From Paraspadella gotoi (Eukaryota > Animalia > Chaetognatha): a DNA stretch of 64,000 bases. The DNA lies in assembly GCA_051294375.1 (NCBI GenBank), contig JBJCIZ010000282.1:178161-242160 (forward strand). Reading direction: 5' to 3'. Below are positions 1 through 11,449 of the stretch, piece by piece. Every line of letters starts with the position of its first letter. The first letter of the stretch is position 1. Made by a program: the position numbers and the translations under genes. Under the pieces are notes generated by a model that was not told the DNA's origin, ran no database searches, and saw only the letters and a list, made by a program, of their open reading frames with translations.

Positions 1-426
1 AAGCAAATTTGTCGAGAAATGGGGCTTAGCTACTCAAATTTATCGCGGAAGAGCGCTAAAGCTTGAAACAGCAACAGGAACCATCACGCTGACGGAGATG
101 ATAAATATCAGAATAATCAATATCAATTATAGAGTGGTGTGATGTTAAAAACTTAGTAGGCATCCTCCGTGGACTCGTGGAGTGTGAAAAGTTGTTAATT
201 TTTCTCTTCCATCAATGGGCGTAACCTGGCGTTAACAAACAGTACTGACCGAATCTAACGTGTAGCGACGAACTAACAAAAGATCAGTGTTTATATAACG
301 ACGCGTATACGACTTCTCTTTACAAGTACCATTGGCTTTAACTATAATAATTCATTTTTATCCTTTTTACTCAAATAATTAAGAGTAATTTAAAAGTAAT
401 AAATAGTCCCTTTTTTATCTTTACAG

Positions 427-701
427 ACCACGCAGGAAGCCAAAATCGTTGTTAAAGAAAGCGGGAAGTATTAACTGTGGAGGATTGAATCCATTATTTT
501 CATCCCATATGGACACAGTGGGTTACCGCACACTCAATGCTTACCCCCCATTGGGGTTTGGTTATCCTTTTGTTCCATCTATTCCTTCCCACTCAATATT
601 TGGGGCTGCGCCTGGGAGTATCATCACTGGCTCTGGATTTGGATTTACTCATTCAGGATCACATGGGATACCTGCTGGATCAAATTCTTCACCTGCTGCA
701 G
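427..701 (+). CDS. soxB: Internal coding exon of a SoxB-like HMG-box transcription factor (end of HMG box plus G/S/P-rich region)
   Basis: Acceptor ttttttatctttacAG ends at 426. The exon reads (R)PRRKPKSLLKKAGSINCGG..., matching the SoxB YKYRPRRKPKxLxKK motif. Donor is GCAG|gtttta after 701 (phase 1). The HMG box proper would lie upstream of the window. Confidence 0.75.
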
Positions 702-720
702 GTTTTATGTACAACATGTT

Positions 721-870
721 CACGGTAGGGCAGAGAGGATGTGAAAGAAACAAAAAAGTGCCATCTCTGAAACCAATAAAATCTTAACGTATACCCATGA
801 AACACTTAATATGGTAGGTCAGTAAAATTCGATAAAGGCAGGATTTTTTTTAAATTTTAGAGAATTGTTT
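721..870 (+). repeat. End of a dispersed MITE-like family (terminus CACGGTAGG)
   Basis: Same sequence recurs inverted at ~11040-11173 and directly at ~22030-22160. Confidence 0.7.
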
Positions 871-910
871 TTGTTTTTGTTTTTGTTTACAACGAATTTT
901 ATTTAAATTG

Positions 911-955
911 AACAGACATGTTTCAACTTGCTTTACAAGCCTTCATCATCGTTTT
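911..955 (-). ncRNA. Minimal type I hammerhead ribozyme, degenerate (C3 to A)
   Basis: Minus strand reads aacg-ATGATGA-A-GGCTT-gtaaagc-AAGTT-GAA-ACATGT-C-tgtt. Confidence 0.65.
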
Positions 956-1653
956 GACAGTTTGATTTGAAATTTTTGCATAAGAAGGGAGGAGAGAGAG
1001 ATAGAGAGTAGGCTAAAAGTTTTCCAACAAAGTGGTGAGACAGAATAGTGGTCAGATGAGAGGACAGGGTAAGGTGAGGACAGATTGAATAAGTTGTGAA
1101 AAAGAAGTGAAACTTAGAGAGAGAGAGAGACAACAGGGATAAATAAATAATAAATGATACATTGTGCAATGTACAACAAAGATAAATACTTTGAGAAAAA
1201 AAAACTAAAATTAGTTAAATTTAACAATTATCTAATGGATAAATAGTTAACTAAGGGATAGAAAATGAAATATGAAATGAAATTTGTAAAAATGTGAGAA
1301 TTTTAAGTGTTAAGTGATTATAAAGTGAAATTTAAAGAGTAAGAAAAAGCTCAAAATGAGCTGGTCCCCCTTGGTTTATGCAAATGAAGGGCATGGACAA
1401 CGGTGACGGGTCATTGGCGCGTCAATGGCTGAGAGGAGAGTGCGACTGAACCAATAAATTCTGCACCAGGGATTGTACCAGGCGGAAAAATTCCCAATGC
1501 CACTCTTTTGTCTCTCTGACCTGATACACCTGCCGGCTGCCCTCTTCTCGCCTGCTGGCAAGGCGGGCGATTGTCCATTCTTGCCGCTTTTGCGACAGGA
1601 ATGATTGACTCCTCTCCTTCCTCCTGAAGCCATCGTTTTGGGCGGCGCTCAGT

Positions 1654-2120
1654 CTACAGTGAGAGGGGCTGAGTTACTGCATTTGAAGGAGAGGCATCAT
1701 TTGCCCATTGCCTGCGTAAGGGTCTCCACTTGTCTCGTTGAGTGGAGACAGGGGAATCATTGTGCAGGCGTGGCAGCGGGGCCTCCACTACGCTTTTGAT
1801 AAGCAAATCATAGCTTGGAGGGAGATCAAATCGTCCTCCATCATGGTTCAAAGAGGGCTCGAGGGCTTTGATGTAGATTGCCTCTCTAATACCTTTGAGA
1901 ACCAGTTTGGGTCATGGGACAGCATGAGACAATCTGATTCCCTGAACAGACGGCCTGTTTCTGCTGAATGCTCAGCTATTGTGGACAAGTAGTGACCTCG
2001 GGCATCACAATAAGGCTTTTTGTGTTGCTGGAATCGATCTGTAAGAGACTTGCCTGTCTCGCCCACGTACATGGTGACAATTTTACAAGCGCCCGGTATG
2101 AAATACGCTGTCATTTTCAA
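1654..2120 (-). pseudogene. Frameshifted PLE GIY-YIG endonuclease remnant
   Basis: ORFs 1848-2120 (YVGETG, R...H, IAEH) and 1654-1851 (NHDGGRFDLPPSY) are in different frames. Confidence 0.8.
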
Positions 2121-2534
2121 ACCAGTGGTTATTTCATTGATTTTAGAATTTAGTTAGGTAGAAAATACTAAAACTATTTATGTGTTAAAATTTTATATTG
2201 ATCAGTTAAGATATGCCTTGACAGTGAGTGGAGAAAGTTGGCTGTTCAAATCGGGTTTCATTTTCCAACTCACTGTTTTTAAATTCAATTTTTTTGTGGG
2301 AACTTTTAACACTTTTTAGTCGGATCTGCTTATCAGCAGATCCCGACTCTATAACTCACTTTGTCGGTCCGTCGGTCCGCCCCTCAATATTGTCGGGCAC
2401 ACACTTATATCATGTCAGAACATCGAATTATGATAAATTATGCAAAAAAAATGTCCGTCCGTCGTCCGTCCGTCCCACCATAGCAAAAAACTCCAATTAC
2501 TCGTGATTGGATGATGGATTGGTTTATGAACTTT

Positions 2535-4145
2535 TGTGTGTGGGTAGGAAACTTTGTGATTGAGATGGATATGAAGTTTCGAGGGAATCGTGCGAGTGGA
2601 AATGGGTTTAAATAGGAAAAAAAATATATATTTCACTATTTGAACGCCAATTGCTCATGAGTGGATAGAGCAATTGACTTGAAATTTGTATGATAGTAGG
2701 GAAGTGTGTGATTGAGCCGGATATAAAGTTTCGATGGAATCGTGCGAGTGGAAATGAGTTAAAATGGAAAAAACAAAAGTCATATTTACTTGAAGTATTT
2801 TTACTTAAATTTATTCATAATTAATATGTTTATTAAAAATTGGATAAGATAAATCGAAAATTGAATTTTGTGTGTGTGGGTAGGAAAGTATGTGATAAAG
2901 CTGGATATAAATTTTTTGATGGAATCATAGGAGTGGAAAAGAGTTCAAATTAGAAAACCAAAAGACACATTTATTTTGAATTTTTTAATGTTTCTCTCTC
3001 TCTATCTCTCTCTGATTGATTGATTTTGATTGATTGATTGATGATTGATATTGATTGATTGACCAAATTATGCCAATTGACAAAAATATGCCGGTTGACC
3101 AAATTCTTAAAGTTGACCAAATTATGCCAGTTGACCAAATTCTGCAAGTTGATCAAGTTCTGCAAGTTGACCAAATTAGCTTGTTGAGCCAAAATTATGC
3201 CAGTTGACCAAATTAGGCCAGTTGATAAAATTATGCCAGTTGACCAAATTATGCCGGTTGACCAAATTATCTTAATTGATCAAATTATGTCAGTTGACCA
3301 AATTATGTCAGTTGACCAATTATGTCAGTAGACCAAATTATGTCAGTTAACCAAATTATGTCTGTTGACCAAATATGCAAGTTGATTAAATTATGCAAGT
3401 TGACCAAGTTAGCTTATTACCACTTAATTATCGATTGACCTGGAATTTTGTATGTGAGTAGAAAAGTGTGTGATTGAACAGGAAACCAAGTTTCGATGGA
3501 ATCTTTTGAGTAGAAATGAGTTTTAAATGGAAAAAAACAAAAAACCTGTTTCACTAATTGATTATGATTCTTTTTTCTTTTATATTAAATGTATATGCAG
3601 GATGTAGTAATAAATCAAATAATTAATCAGTAATTAATCAATTAGTCAATTATTAATCAATAATTAATTAATCAGTCAATCAATCCGTCTATCCGTTTGT
3701 GTGTGGGTAGGAGAAGTGTGTGATAAAGCTGGATAAAAAGTTTCGACGGAATCGTTTGAGTGGAAATGTGTTTAAGTGGAAAAAAACATAAGTCGCATTT
3801 ACTAAATATTTTTACTTATTTTAACCAATAAGTACTCTAATTAATCATAATTGGATGGATAGATTGAGTTTCAATTTTTTGTGTGGGTAGAAAAATGTTT
3901 TAACGATGCTTGATATAAAGTTTTGGTGGAAACGACGAGTGGAATGAGTTAAATTTAAAAAATATGAGTCACATTTACTTGAAATTATTTTACTTATTTT
4001 AACCCATAATAGATTGAGATGAAATTTTGTGAAGCGGGTAGGAAAGTGTGTGAAGAAGCGAGATATAAAGTTTTTGAACGAATTGTGCCAGTGGAAATGA
4101 TTTTAAATGGAAAAAAACATAAGTCACATTACTTGAATCTTTATT
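2535..4145 (+). repeat. About seven spaced copies of an ~80-100 bp core (GGGTAGGAAAGTGTGTGATTGAGCTGGATATAAAGTTTCGATGGAATCG...GAGTGGAAATGAG) inside the HINE
   Basis: Copies near 2540, 2695, 2878, 3455, 3705, 3885 and 4035. A partial copy lies at ~4860 and inverted copies at 39300-39560. Confidence 0.8.
3059..3440 (+). repeat. 18-bp minisatellite (GTTGACCAAATTATGCCA)n, about 20 units
   Basis: Directly visible tandem array. Confidence 0.9.
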
Positions 4146-4289
4146 ATTTATGATTACTAATTTATGATTACTAATAAATGTTTTTAATTAATTAATTAAT
4201 TAATGTGAAAAATGATGCAATTAAAAAAAATATGCAAGTTGAAAAAATGATGCAAGAAGAAAAAAATGATGCAAGTTAAAAAAATCCTA

Positions 4290-4448
4290 AAAGCAATAAG
4301 GACGTCGCAATTGCAATGAGAAGAGAGAGAGAGAGAAGGAGAGAGAGAGCAAAAAAAATGAGCATAAGGATCGTCGCAATTGCAAAGAGAGAGAGACGAG
4401 AGAGAGAGAGAGCAAAAAAAATGAGCATAAGGATCATCGCAATTGCAA

Positions 4449-4480
<32 letters not shown>

Positions 4481-4519
4481 CAGAAAATGAGCATAAGGAT
4501 AGTTGCAATTGCAGAGAGA

Positions 4520-4550
<31 letters not shown>

Positions 4551-4562
4551 GAGAAAGAGAGT
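4290..4562 (+). repeat. Four ~60-bp tandem units (GAGCATAAGGATCGTCGCAATTGCA plus a (GA)n tract)
   Basis: Directly visible. It accounts for ORFs 4276-4494 and 4316-4621. Confidence 0.85.
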
Positions 4563-5664
4563 CCGAGATAAAATTAGCGAATAAAAAAGTTGTTATTTAC
4601 TCACTTAATAAAAATACTTAAAATACTTACAAAATACATAAAATTGATTAAAATCATTATTTCGATAACATTCTTTAATAACATACAATATATCTAGTAA
4701 GGCGGGCCAAAATTGAACACTTTTTATAACTTCTAGTTTTTCCAAAAAATTTCTTTTTCCTTCTACTACTAAATCGATTTTCAATGTAACTTTTTGAATT
4801 AGTTCATTGGGTTGTTGCACTGAAGCTTTTAAATATTTATTAATATATAATAATTATATAAAGTTTTGACGGAATTGTGCCAGTGGAAATGAGTTTAGAT
4901 GTGGAAAAAACATAAGTCACATTTACTTGAATCTTTAATATTAATGTATTACTAATAAATGTTTTAATTAATTAATTAATTAATTAATGTGAAAAAATGA
5001 TGCAAGTTAAAAAATCTTAAAAGCATAAAGATCGTTTGCAATTGCATAAAAAGAGAGAGAGAGAGAGAGAGAGAGTGAGAGAGAGAGAAGGAGACATAAA
5101 AATAAAATAGAAGATATTTGTTTGTTTTGATAAAATGTAAACAAAACATATTTAATAACTGTCCTAACCCAATTTTTAAGGACATCGATGATGATAAGTT
5201 GAATATAAAATTTAAAATTAATTATTACATATTAAAATTTATTAATTAGTTAATTAATCGATTAATTAATTAATTATCGTAGGCAGAATCCGCATGTTGC
5301 CTCAAACTTGTTTAAACAAAGTAGTTATTAAAATATTAACAATATTAATATCCTAAGAAATCCCTTAAAAATATGAAGAGAATTATATACATACGAATAC
5401 TATAGTATAAAATTTAACTGGCCCAGCTTAAATTTAATTAGGATATTCAAAAATGAGACATTTTTTTAAAAATCAATAGCTGGAAAGTAAATTTATAATT
5501 TTTATCAAATTATGATTGGCTATCTTAAATCTTTTTTTCTCAGGCTCTTTTATGATACTTATATAAATAATAATATTTTTTGTTATAATAATTTAAACAG
5601 GTTATATATTTTGAAAAAAGATTTGATGCGATAAACCTTTTGTTTTCGTTATTATTAGGATATT

Positions 5665-5787
5665 GAGAAAAGCAAAGTTTTTGAATGGAGTACAACGAAT
5701 TTATTTGAAAATACGGACATGCTTCGGCTCACATTTTGAGCCTTCATCAGCGTTTGATATGAGGAAAAATATTTGTGCAAAAGAAGG

Positions 5788-5830
<43 letters not shown>

Positions 5831-6850
5831 GTAAAGGTTTTCCAACAAAGTGATGAGACAGAATAGTGGTCAGATGAGAGAACAGGCTGAAGTTAAGGAC
5901 AGATTGAGTGAGTTGTGAAAAGAAATGAAATTTGTTAGAGAGAGAGAGAGAGAGAGAGACAACAGGGATAAATAAATATTAAAGATAAATTTTTGAGGAC
6001 GATTCGACCTCCCTCCAAGCTATGATTCGCTTATAAAAAGCGTGGTGGAAGCCCCGCCTCCACCACGTCCGCACAATGATTCCCCTGTTGCTACTCAACG
6101 TTACAGGTGGAGACCCTTACACAGGCAATGGGCAGGCGATGCCTCTCCCTCGACTGTAGCTACTCAATCCCCTTCTCTGGGGAGCGAGCGTCGACCAAAA
6201 CGACGGCTCCAGGAGGGGGATGAGTCCAGCACTCCTGTCACAAAAGTGGCAAGAACTGACAACCGCCCACCTCGTCAGCAGGCAAGAAGAGGGCAGCTGG
6301 CAGGCGTATCAGGCAAAGAGACATTCGAGTAGCACTTGGAATGTTTCCGCAAGGAAGCCTCCCTAGCCCGACAATAACATGTTCGGTTCAATTGTCCTCT
6401 CAACCAATGACACGCCAATGACCCCAGCCCATCGCCCGAGCCTCTCATTGGTCCAAACCAAGGGGGCCAGCTCACTTTGAGCTCTATCTTAACCCTTAAT
6501 TTCTAACTTTATTAACAATTCTTTACACTAAATGTATCTTCTCACTTTCACATTTCATTTTCACCTTAACTTAAACTTATTTTTTTATTAATAGTTAATT
6601 GTTAATAACAGTTTAAACTTTATTTGTTGTACATTTGAAATGTAATATTATTTTCTCTCTCCCTGTCTCTCTCTCTCTCAATCTCTCTCACTCTGACCAT
6701 TTCATTTCTTATTCAAAACTAAAATCTCTATCTGTCCTCATTCTTAACCTGTCTCACCACTTGACCACTATTCTTTCTCAACTCTGTGTTGGAAACTTTG
6801 CCCTATCTCTCTCTCTCTCTCCCTCTCTCTCCCTTCTTTCACACAAAAAA
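5665..6850. mobile_element. PLE fragment with inverted structure: minus-strand hammerhead-bearing end (~5665-5990) fused to a plus-strand 3' fragment (~5998-6850)
   Basis: From ~5998 the plus strand reads RFDLPPSYDSLIKSVVEAP..., homologous to 1654-1851(-). 5665-5990 is the reverse complement of 8235-8535. Confidence 0.75.
5711..5756 (-). ncRNA. Minimal hammerhead ribozyme (GAAA to GAAG variant)
   Basis: Minus strand reads acg-CTGATGA-A-GGCTC-aaaatgt-GAGCC-GAA-GCATGT-C-cgt. Confidence 0.7.
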
Positions 6851-7051
6851 ACTGTCCAAATTTTCACATTTTCACAATTTTCACTGGGTATCAAACCTGA
6901 CGGAAAGATTCCCAGAGCCACTCTTATGTCTCTTTGGCCTGTTGTGCCTGCCGGCTGCCCTCTTCTTGCCCGCTGAGGCGGGGCCTTCACCACGCCCGCA
7001 CAATGATTCCCCTGTCTCCACTCAACGAGACAGGCGGAGACCCTTGCGCAG

Positions 7052-7652
7052 TAAGGCGTAGTGAAAGTTACATACGAAAATTCTAAATGTCAATATGAAC
7101 AACATACCATCAGTGAACATTAATTTGTAAAAAAAAAATATTTTATGTTTTTTAATTTTTGCAGTAAGCTATATTTATATATAGTACTATCCTTATAAAA
7201 TTGAAAAATTTCAAAATAGGCTTTTCTTAATTTTGATTGCGCAGATTTGAATTCCTCGTCAAAAGTTGATAAAAGAAATATAAATTATTTTTTAAATTCT
7301 TTCATTAAGTGGGTTAAAAATTACAAAAACTATATTTAATATATAAAAAGTTAATTTTCAGCTTAAAATATAGCTTTTTTTAATTTGACCCACTTAATGA
7401 ATGAATTTTTTAAAAAGAGTTATATTTCTTTTTATCAACTTTTTATGACGAATCCAATCTACAAAAAAATTTAGAAAAAACTGTTTTGAAATTGTAACAT
7501 TTATTGGATTGTACTAGTAAAATATGGCCTACTGCGTAAATTGTAAAATTTATTATAATTTTTTTTATACATAAATGTTCATTAGTATAATTGTTTCGTT
7601 CCTCACTTTTAAATTTTAATTAAAGTTAAATTTAGAATTTTACTACGCCTTA
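7052..7652. mobile_element. hAT-type MITE (601 bp, internally palindromic)
   Basis: TIRs TAAGGCGTAGT...ACTACGCCTTA. Perfect 8-bp TSD TTGCGCAG at 7044-7051 and 7653-7660. Confidence 0.9.
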
Positions 7653-8435
7653 TTGCGCAGGCAATGGCAAACGATGCCTCTCACTCAAATGAAGCAACTC
7701 AGTAACTCTCTCTGGCGACTGGGCGCTGCCAAAAACGACGGCTTCAGGAGGAGGGAGAGGAGTCCACCACTCCTGTCACTAAAGCGGCAAGAACGGACAA
7801 CCGCCCACCTCGCCAGCAGGCTAGAAGAGGGCAGCCGGCAGGCACAACAGGCCAAAGAGACATAAGAATGGCTCTGGGAATCTTTCCATCAGGTTCAATA
7901 CCCAGTGCAACATTCACTGGTTCAACCACACTCTCCTCTCAGCCTATGACGCGCTAATGACCTGGCACCATTGTCTCTGTCCTTCATTTGCATATAAAAC
8001 AAGGGGGGCCAGCTCAATTTTGAGCTCTTTCCTTCTCCTTATATTTCACTTTCTTATCCTCTTAACTATCAATTAAACTAAAAACTATCCTTTTCACATT
8101 TCAAATTTCATATTTCATCTCACTATCCTTCAGCTAATAATTAAAACTAACTAGTTAATTGTTAAACTTTTACCAACATTTAGTTTTTCAAAATTCACTT
8201 TTACTTTTGTTGTACATTACAAAAATGTATCTTTAGTATTTATTTATCCCTGTTGTCTCTCTCTCTCTCTCTAACAAATTTTATTTCTTTTCACAACTCA
8301 CTCAATCTGTCCTCAACTTCAGCCTGTTCTCTCATCTGACCACTATTCTGTCTCACCACTTTGTTGGAAAACCTTTACCTTTTTCTCTCTCTCTCTCTCT
8401 CACCCTTCTTTTGCACAAATATTTTTCCTTATATC

Positions 8436-8486
8436 AAACGCTGATGAAGGCTCGAAAATCGAAATGTGAGCCAAAACTTGTCTGTA
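8436..8486 (+). ncRNA. Minimal hammerhead ribozyme, degenerate
   Basis: Reads acg-CTGATGA-A-GGCTC-loop-GAGCC-AAA-ACTTGT-C-tgt. G12 and the stem III palindrome are mutated. Confidence 0.55.
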
Positions 8487-9077
8487 TTTTCAAATAAATT
8501 TGTTGTACCACATTCAAAAACTTTGCTTTTCTCTATATATAGACGAGAATCTCGCTTAAAAAAAAATGCAACATTTTTCTAATAGAGATATAAAATCTGA
8601 CTACCCAAATTGCAAACGCGTTTGCCAGAAATTCGGTTAAAAAATACTTGTAAAAACGCACGTTTCCAAGAGAGTTACATCTGAAGAGCTTGTCCTATTT
8701 GTTTTATGGCATTTGATAAAGGATTTAATATCAAACAAGCCAGGGGAAATGCACTACTCATCTCCAGAGAATTTTCAAACCTCATTTTTACTATAAAAAT
8801 GAAAGGGAAAGTTTACAAACTTAAAATTGCAAATGGGATTGCTATATGTTCCTGTTACATGAGCGACTTCGAATTTCGCGATTCTGATAGCTTTGTGTCT
8901 GAAGAGCTTGTCCTATTTTTCTTTTTTCATTTTATAATGATTTTGACATAAAATGATCAGGTTTAAATGAAATAGTCTGGTTTGAATCGCGAAATTTTTA
9001 TTTAAAAAGAAATTAAAAGGAAGGTTGAGAAAAAAAACAGATTTTTCCTAATATCTTTTGAAGAAATAAAGATAAAA

Positions 9078-9770
9078 GGATGGCAATAGTACCAAAATGA
9101 AGCCATAATCATAGGGCACATACAAGATACAATTTTAGAATTACTTATGCTGAAACCTCCTTACAAGGTGAGTGTCAAATTAAGTTAAAATTATAATGAA
9201 TTTTAAAACTAATGACACCCCATAAGAATAAATGAAAATTTAATTCTTTTTAATGATTCTGAAAGAAAAAAGGGTAAATTGTACTCTAGTAAAACTTTAA
9301 AGTTTTTTGGATAAAGAAAATGTGAATTTTTTGTCACTTAAATATTTGCTTGTCTGATTTTACAAGCATGCTTACAAAATTCTACAAAATATTATTTACC
9401 CCATCACAGCCTAAGTATTTATCCTTCTTTTCCTCCAGCAAAAAGTAAACATTATCTTATTGAAGAAAACAGGGATGTTTACTGAAAGGAGCCGGAAGCC
9501 ATTCAACTTCTTCACTTTGATATTATTTTTCAATAATAAAATAAGCGAATTTTTTAATTATTTAACTCTCCCAGGCTTTATAAGATATTACACTTTCATA
9601 ATATCCCAATGTTAATGTAATTTATTATATTTTTTACCCAGGAATCATAAAATAACAGAAAGTTGTGGATTCCCTCGCTCGTTTAAGAAAAAAAATTAAC
9701 TAGTGGAATTATAAGTTTGTAGGAGGAAGTCAGAATCGGCGAAAATCTTAAAAGGCGAGAATGTTGAAAA
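9078..9770 (+). repeat. Dispersed ~700-bp repeat
   Basis: Homologous to ~37826-38450 and ~44297-44925 (GGATGGCAATAGTACCAAA...GAGGAAGTCAGAATCGGCGAAAATCTT). Confidence 0.75.
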
Positions 9771-10264
9771 AAAGGGGTGGAATTTTGATGGGTTTCCTAA
9801 GATTTCTCTACAATGTGAGGTCCGATTAAAGCGAAACTTGAGATTTACAATATTCCCGTCATTCCACATCTATCTTTATAAAAATATAAGAAAAAAGTCA
9901 CTGACTTCTTTTTCTATATCGGCTTCCTACTATATAGAAAAAAGATTTAAAATTTTAAACAATTCACTTTTGACACTCTTCATTGAACCAAGGCTGGGCA
10001 GCTTACTTTTTATGTAAGAGCTTTCGTAAGTATATCAATCTTTTTATATTTTTACGGGCTTTCTGAGGATATTAATATTATTAATATTTTAATAAATACT
10101 TTGTTTAAAAAAGTGTTAAAAGTTCTAAAAAAAAATTGAATTTAAAAACAGTGAGTTGGAAAATGAAACCCGATTTGACAAGCCAACTTTTTTGCACAGT
10201 CCGCCCAGTAGACGGCTCCTGATGATTTTGGTCTGGGGATTTTATCTTTCGGTTTCACCAAATG

Positions 10265-10490
10265 CTCACCTTAACCTGTCCTCTCATCTGACCACTATTC
10301 TGTCTCACCACTTTGTTGGAAAACGTTTACTCTACTCTCTCTCTTTCTCTCTCCATCTCTCTCCTCCCTTCTTATACACAAATTTCAAATCAAACTGTCA
10401 AAACGCTGATGAAGGCTTGTAAAGCATGTCGAAACATGTCTGTTCAATTTAAATAAAATTCGTTACAAACAAAACGTTTGTCAATTCTCT
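10265..10490 (+). mobile_element. PLE 3'-terminal fragment carrying the intact hammerhead
   Basis: Near-exact reverse complement of ~880-1080. Confidence 0.8.
10402..10444 (+). ncRNA. Minimal type I hammerhead ribozyme with intact core (predicted cleavage after C10440)
   Basis: Reads aacg-CTGATGA-A-GGC-ttgtaaagcat-GTC-GAA-ACATGT-C-tgtt. Stem I is aacg/tgtt, stem III is the palindrome ACATGT, and the cleavage triplet is GUC. Confidence 0.8.
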
Positions 10491-11449
10491 ATTCACTACT
10501 AATAACGAAAAATAAAGGATTACTTTAATAATATAATTTTATAAATAATTTTTTTTATAAGTAATAAAACATATAATTATTATTAAAAGCTGGATATGAT
10601 TTTGAATTAAAGTGCTCAGCTAATATTTATCTGTTAGTTTTAATTGAGATTAAGTTGTAATTAAATATCATATATTTTTTAAACAAATAAAATTTATTAT
10701 CTGTATTATTTATTTTTTATAATAATTTTATATCAATTTTTTTAGAAGTTTGTTTAAAGGCCTAATAAGTAGAACTGCATTTTGAGAACATATTTGTACT
10801 TTTATTTTTGAAAAAATAATCTGTTTGAAAGAACTGAATGATTAATATTTTTGTTTAAATTATGATTTTTACTTATAATTCAATAACAAAAAATCGTAGA
10901 AAGTTGGGAGAGGTCTTAAAAGTTAAATTAAAGCTTATCCTCTGTAGATAATGATTGATGTATAGACATTAAAATTGTAAGCATATTCACTAAACTATTT
11001 AAAACTTTTTATAAAAAAATTAAAAAAACTTTAATTAGAATTTTAAAAAAAACCTGCCTTTATCGAATTTTACTGACCTACCACATTAAGTGTCTCATGG
11101 GTATACTTTAAGATTTTATAGGTTTCAGAGATAGCACTTTTTTGTTTCTTTCAAATCCTCTTTGCCCTACCTTGGGTTGATTTTCAAATGCACAATTTTT
11201 GAAGTAAAGTTTAAAAGATAAATAATTTTTAGTTGTTGACCTATAATTCAACCACATGGGATTCTGTATACAATGCAAAATGCAAAAGACAAAAAAAATA
11301 TTTATAAGTTTGTTTAGAAATATTTTTTATGAATTCTATAAATTCCTACTAAATTTTGTAAAACTATAATAATATGATAAAAAATCAGCAAAAATATAAG
11401 GAAACCACTTAGGATTTAAAGTTTTCCAAAATGTGCCAACTTTTTTCAG

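Larger units (their letters stand above)
880..2125 (-). mobile_element. 5'-truncated Penelope-like retroelement (GIY-YIG end, 3' region and hammerhead)
   Basis: MYVGETGKSLTDRFQQH...IAEHSAETG followed by (L)NHDGGRFDLPPSY is a typical PLE endonuclease C-terminus. A pyrimidine-rich 3' region ends in a hammerhead motif. Related copies lie at 5.7-8.5 kb and 10.3-10.5 kb. Confidence 0.85.
2318..5310 (+). mobile_element. Non-autonomous Helentron/DINE-1-like (HINE) element with internal tandem arrays
   Basis: 5' end is TTTTT-AGTCGGATCTGCT-tatc-AGCAGATCCCGACT hairpin, followed by a GTCC/GTCG microsatellite. The 3' end is an AGGCAG...TTGCCT hairpin then CTTG-TTT. The flanks join seamlessly at a T-run in the inverted empty copy at ~10040-10190. 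Confidence 0.75.
6884..8535 (+). mobile_element. PLE 3' fragment with a short 5' inversion, interrupted by a hAT MITE
   Basis: 6884-6973 is an inverted copy of ~7820-7907. PRPHNDSPVSTQRD...RRQW continues across the MITE. The fragment ends in the hammerhead at 8441. Confidence 0.75.

Noticed and set aside
449-787. ORF 449-787 as a stand-alone gene
   Set aside because: It starts at TTG inside an exon and runs past the donor at 701 into a MITE.
2971-3192. NLVN-repeat ORF resembling a leucine-rich repeat
   Set aside because: It is simply the translation of the 18-bp minisatellite.
2535-4145. CRISPR-like repeat/spacer array
   Set aside because: Repeats are long and degenerate, spacers are irregular and partly homologous, there are no cas genes, and the context is a eukaryotic TE.
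4276-4621. RE-rich and SL-rich ORFs
   Set aside because: They are products of (GA)n microsatellites.
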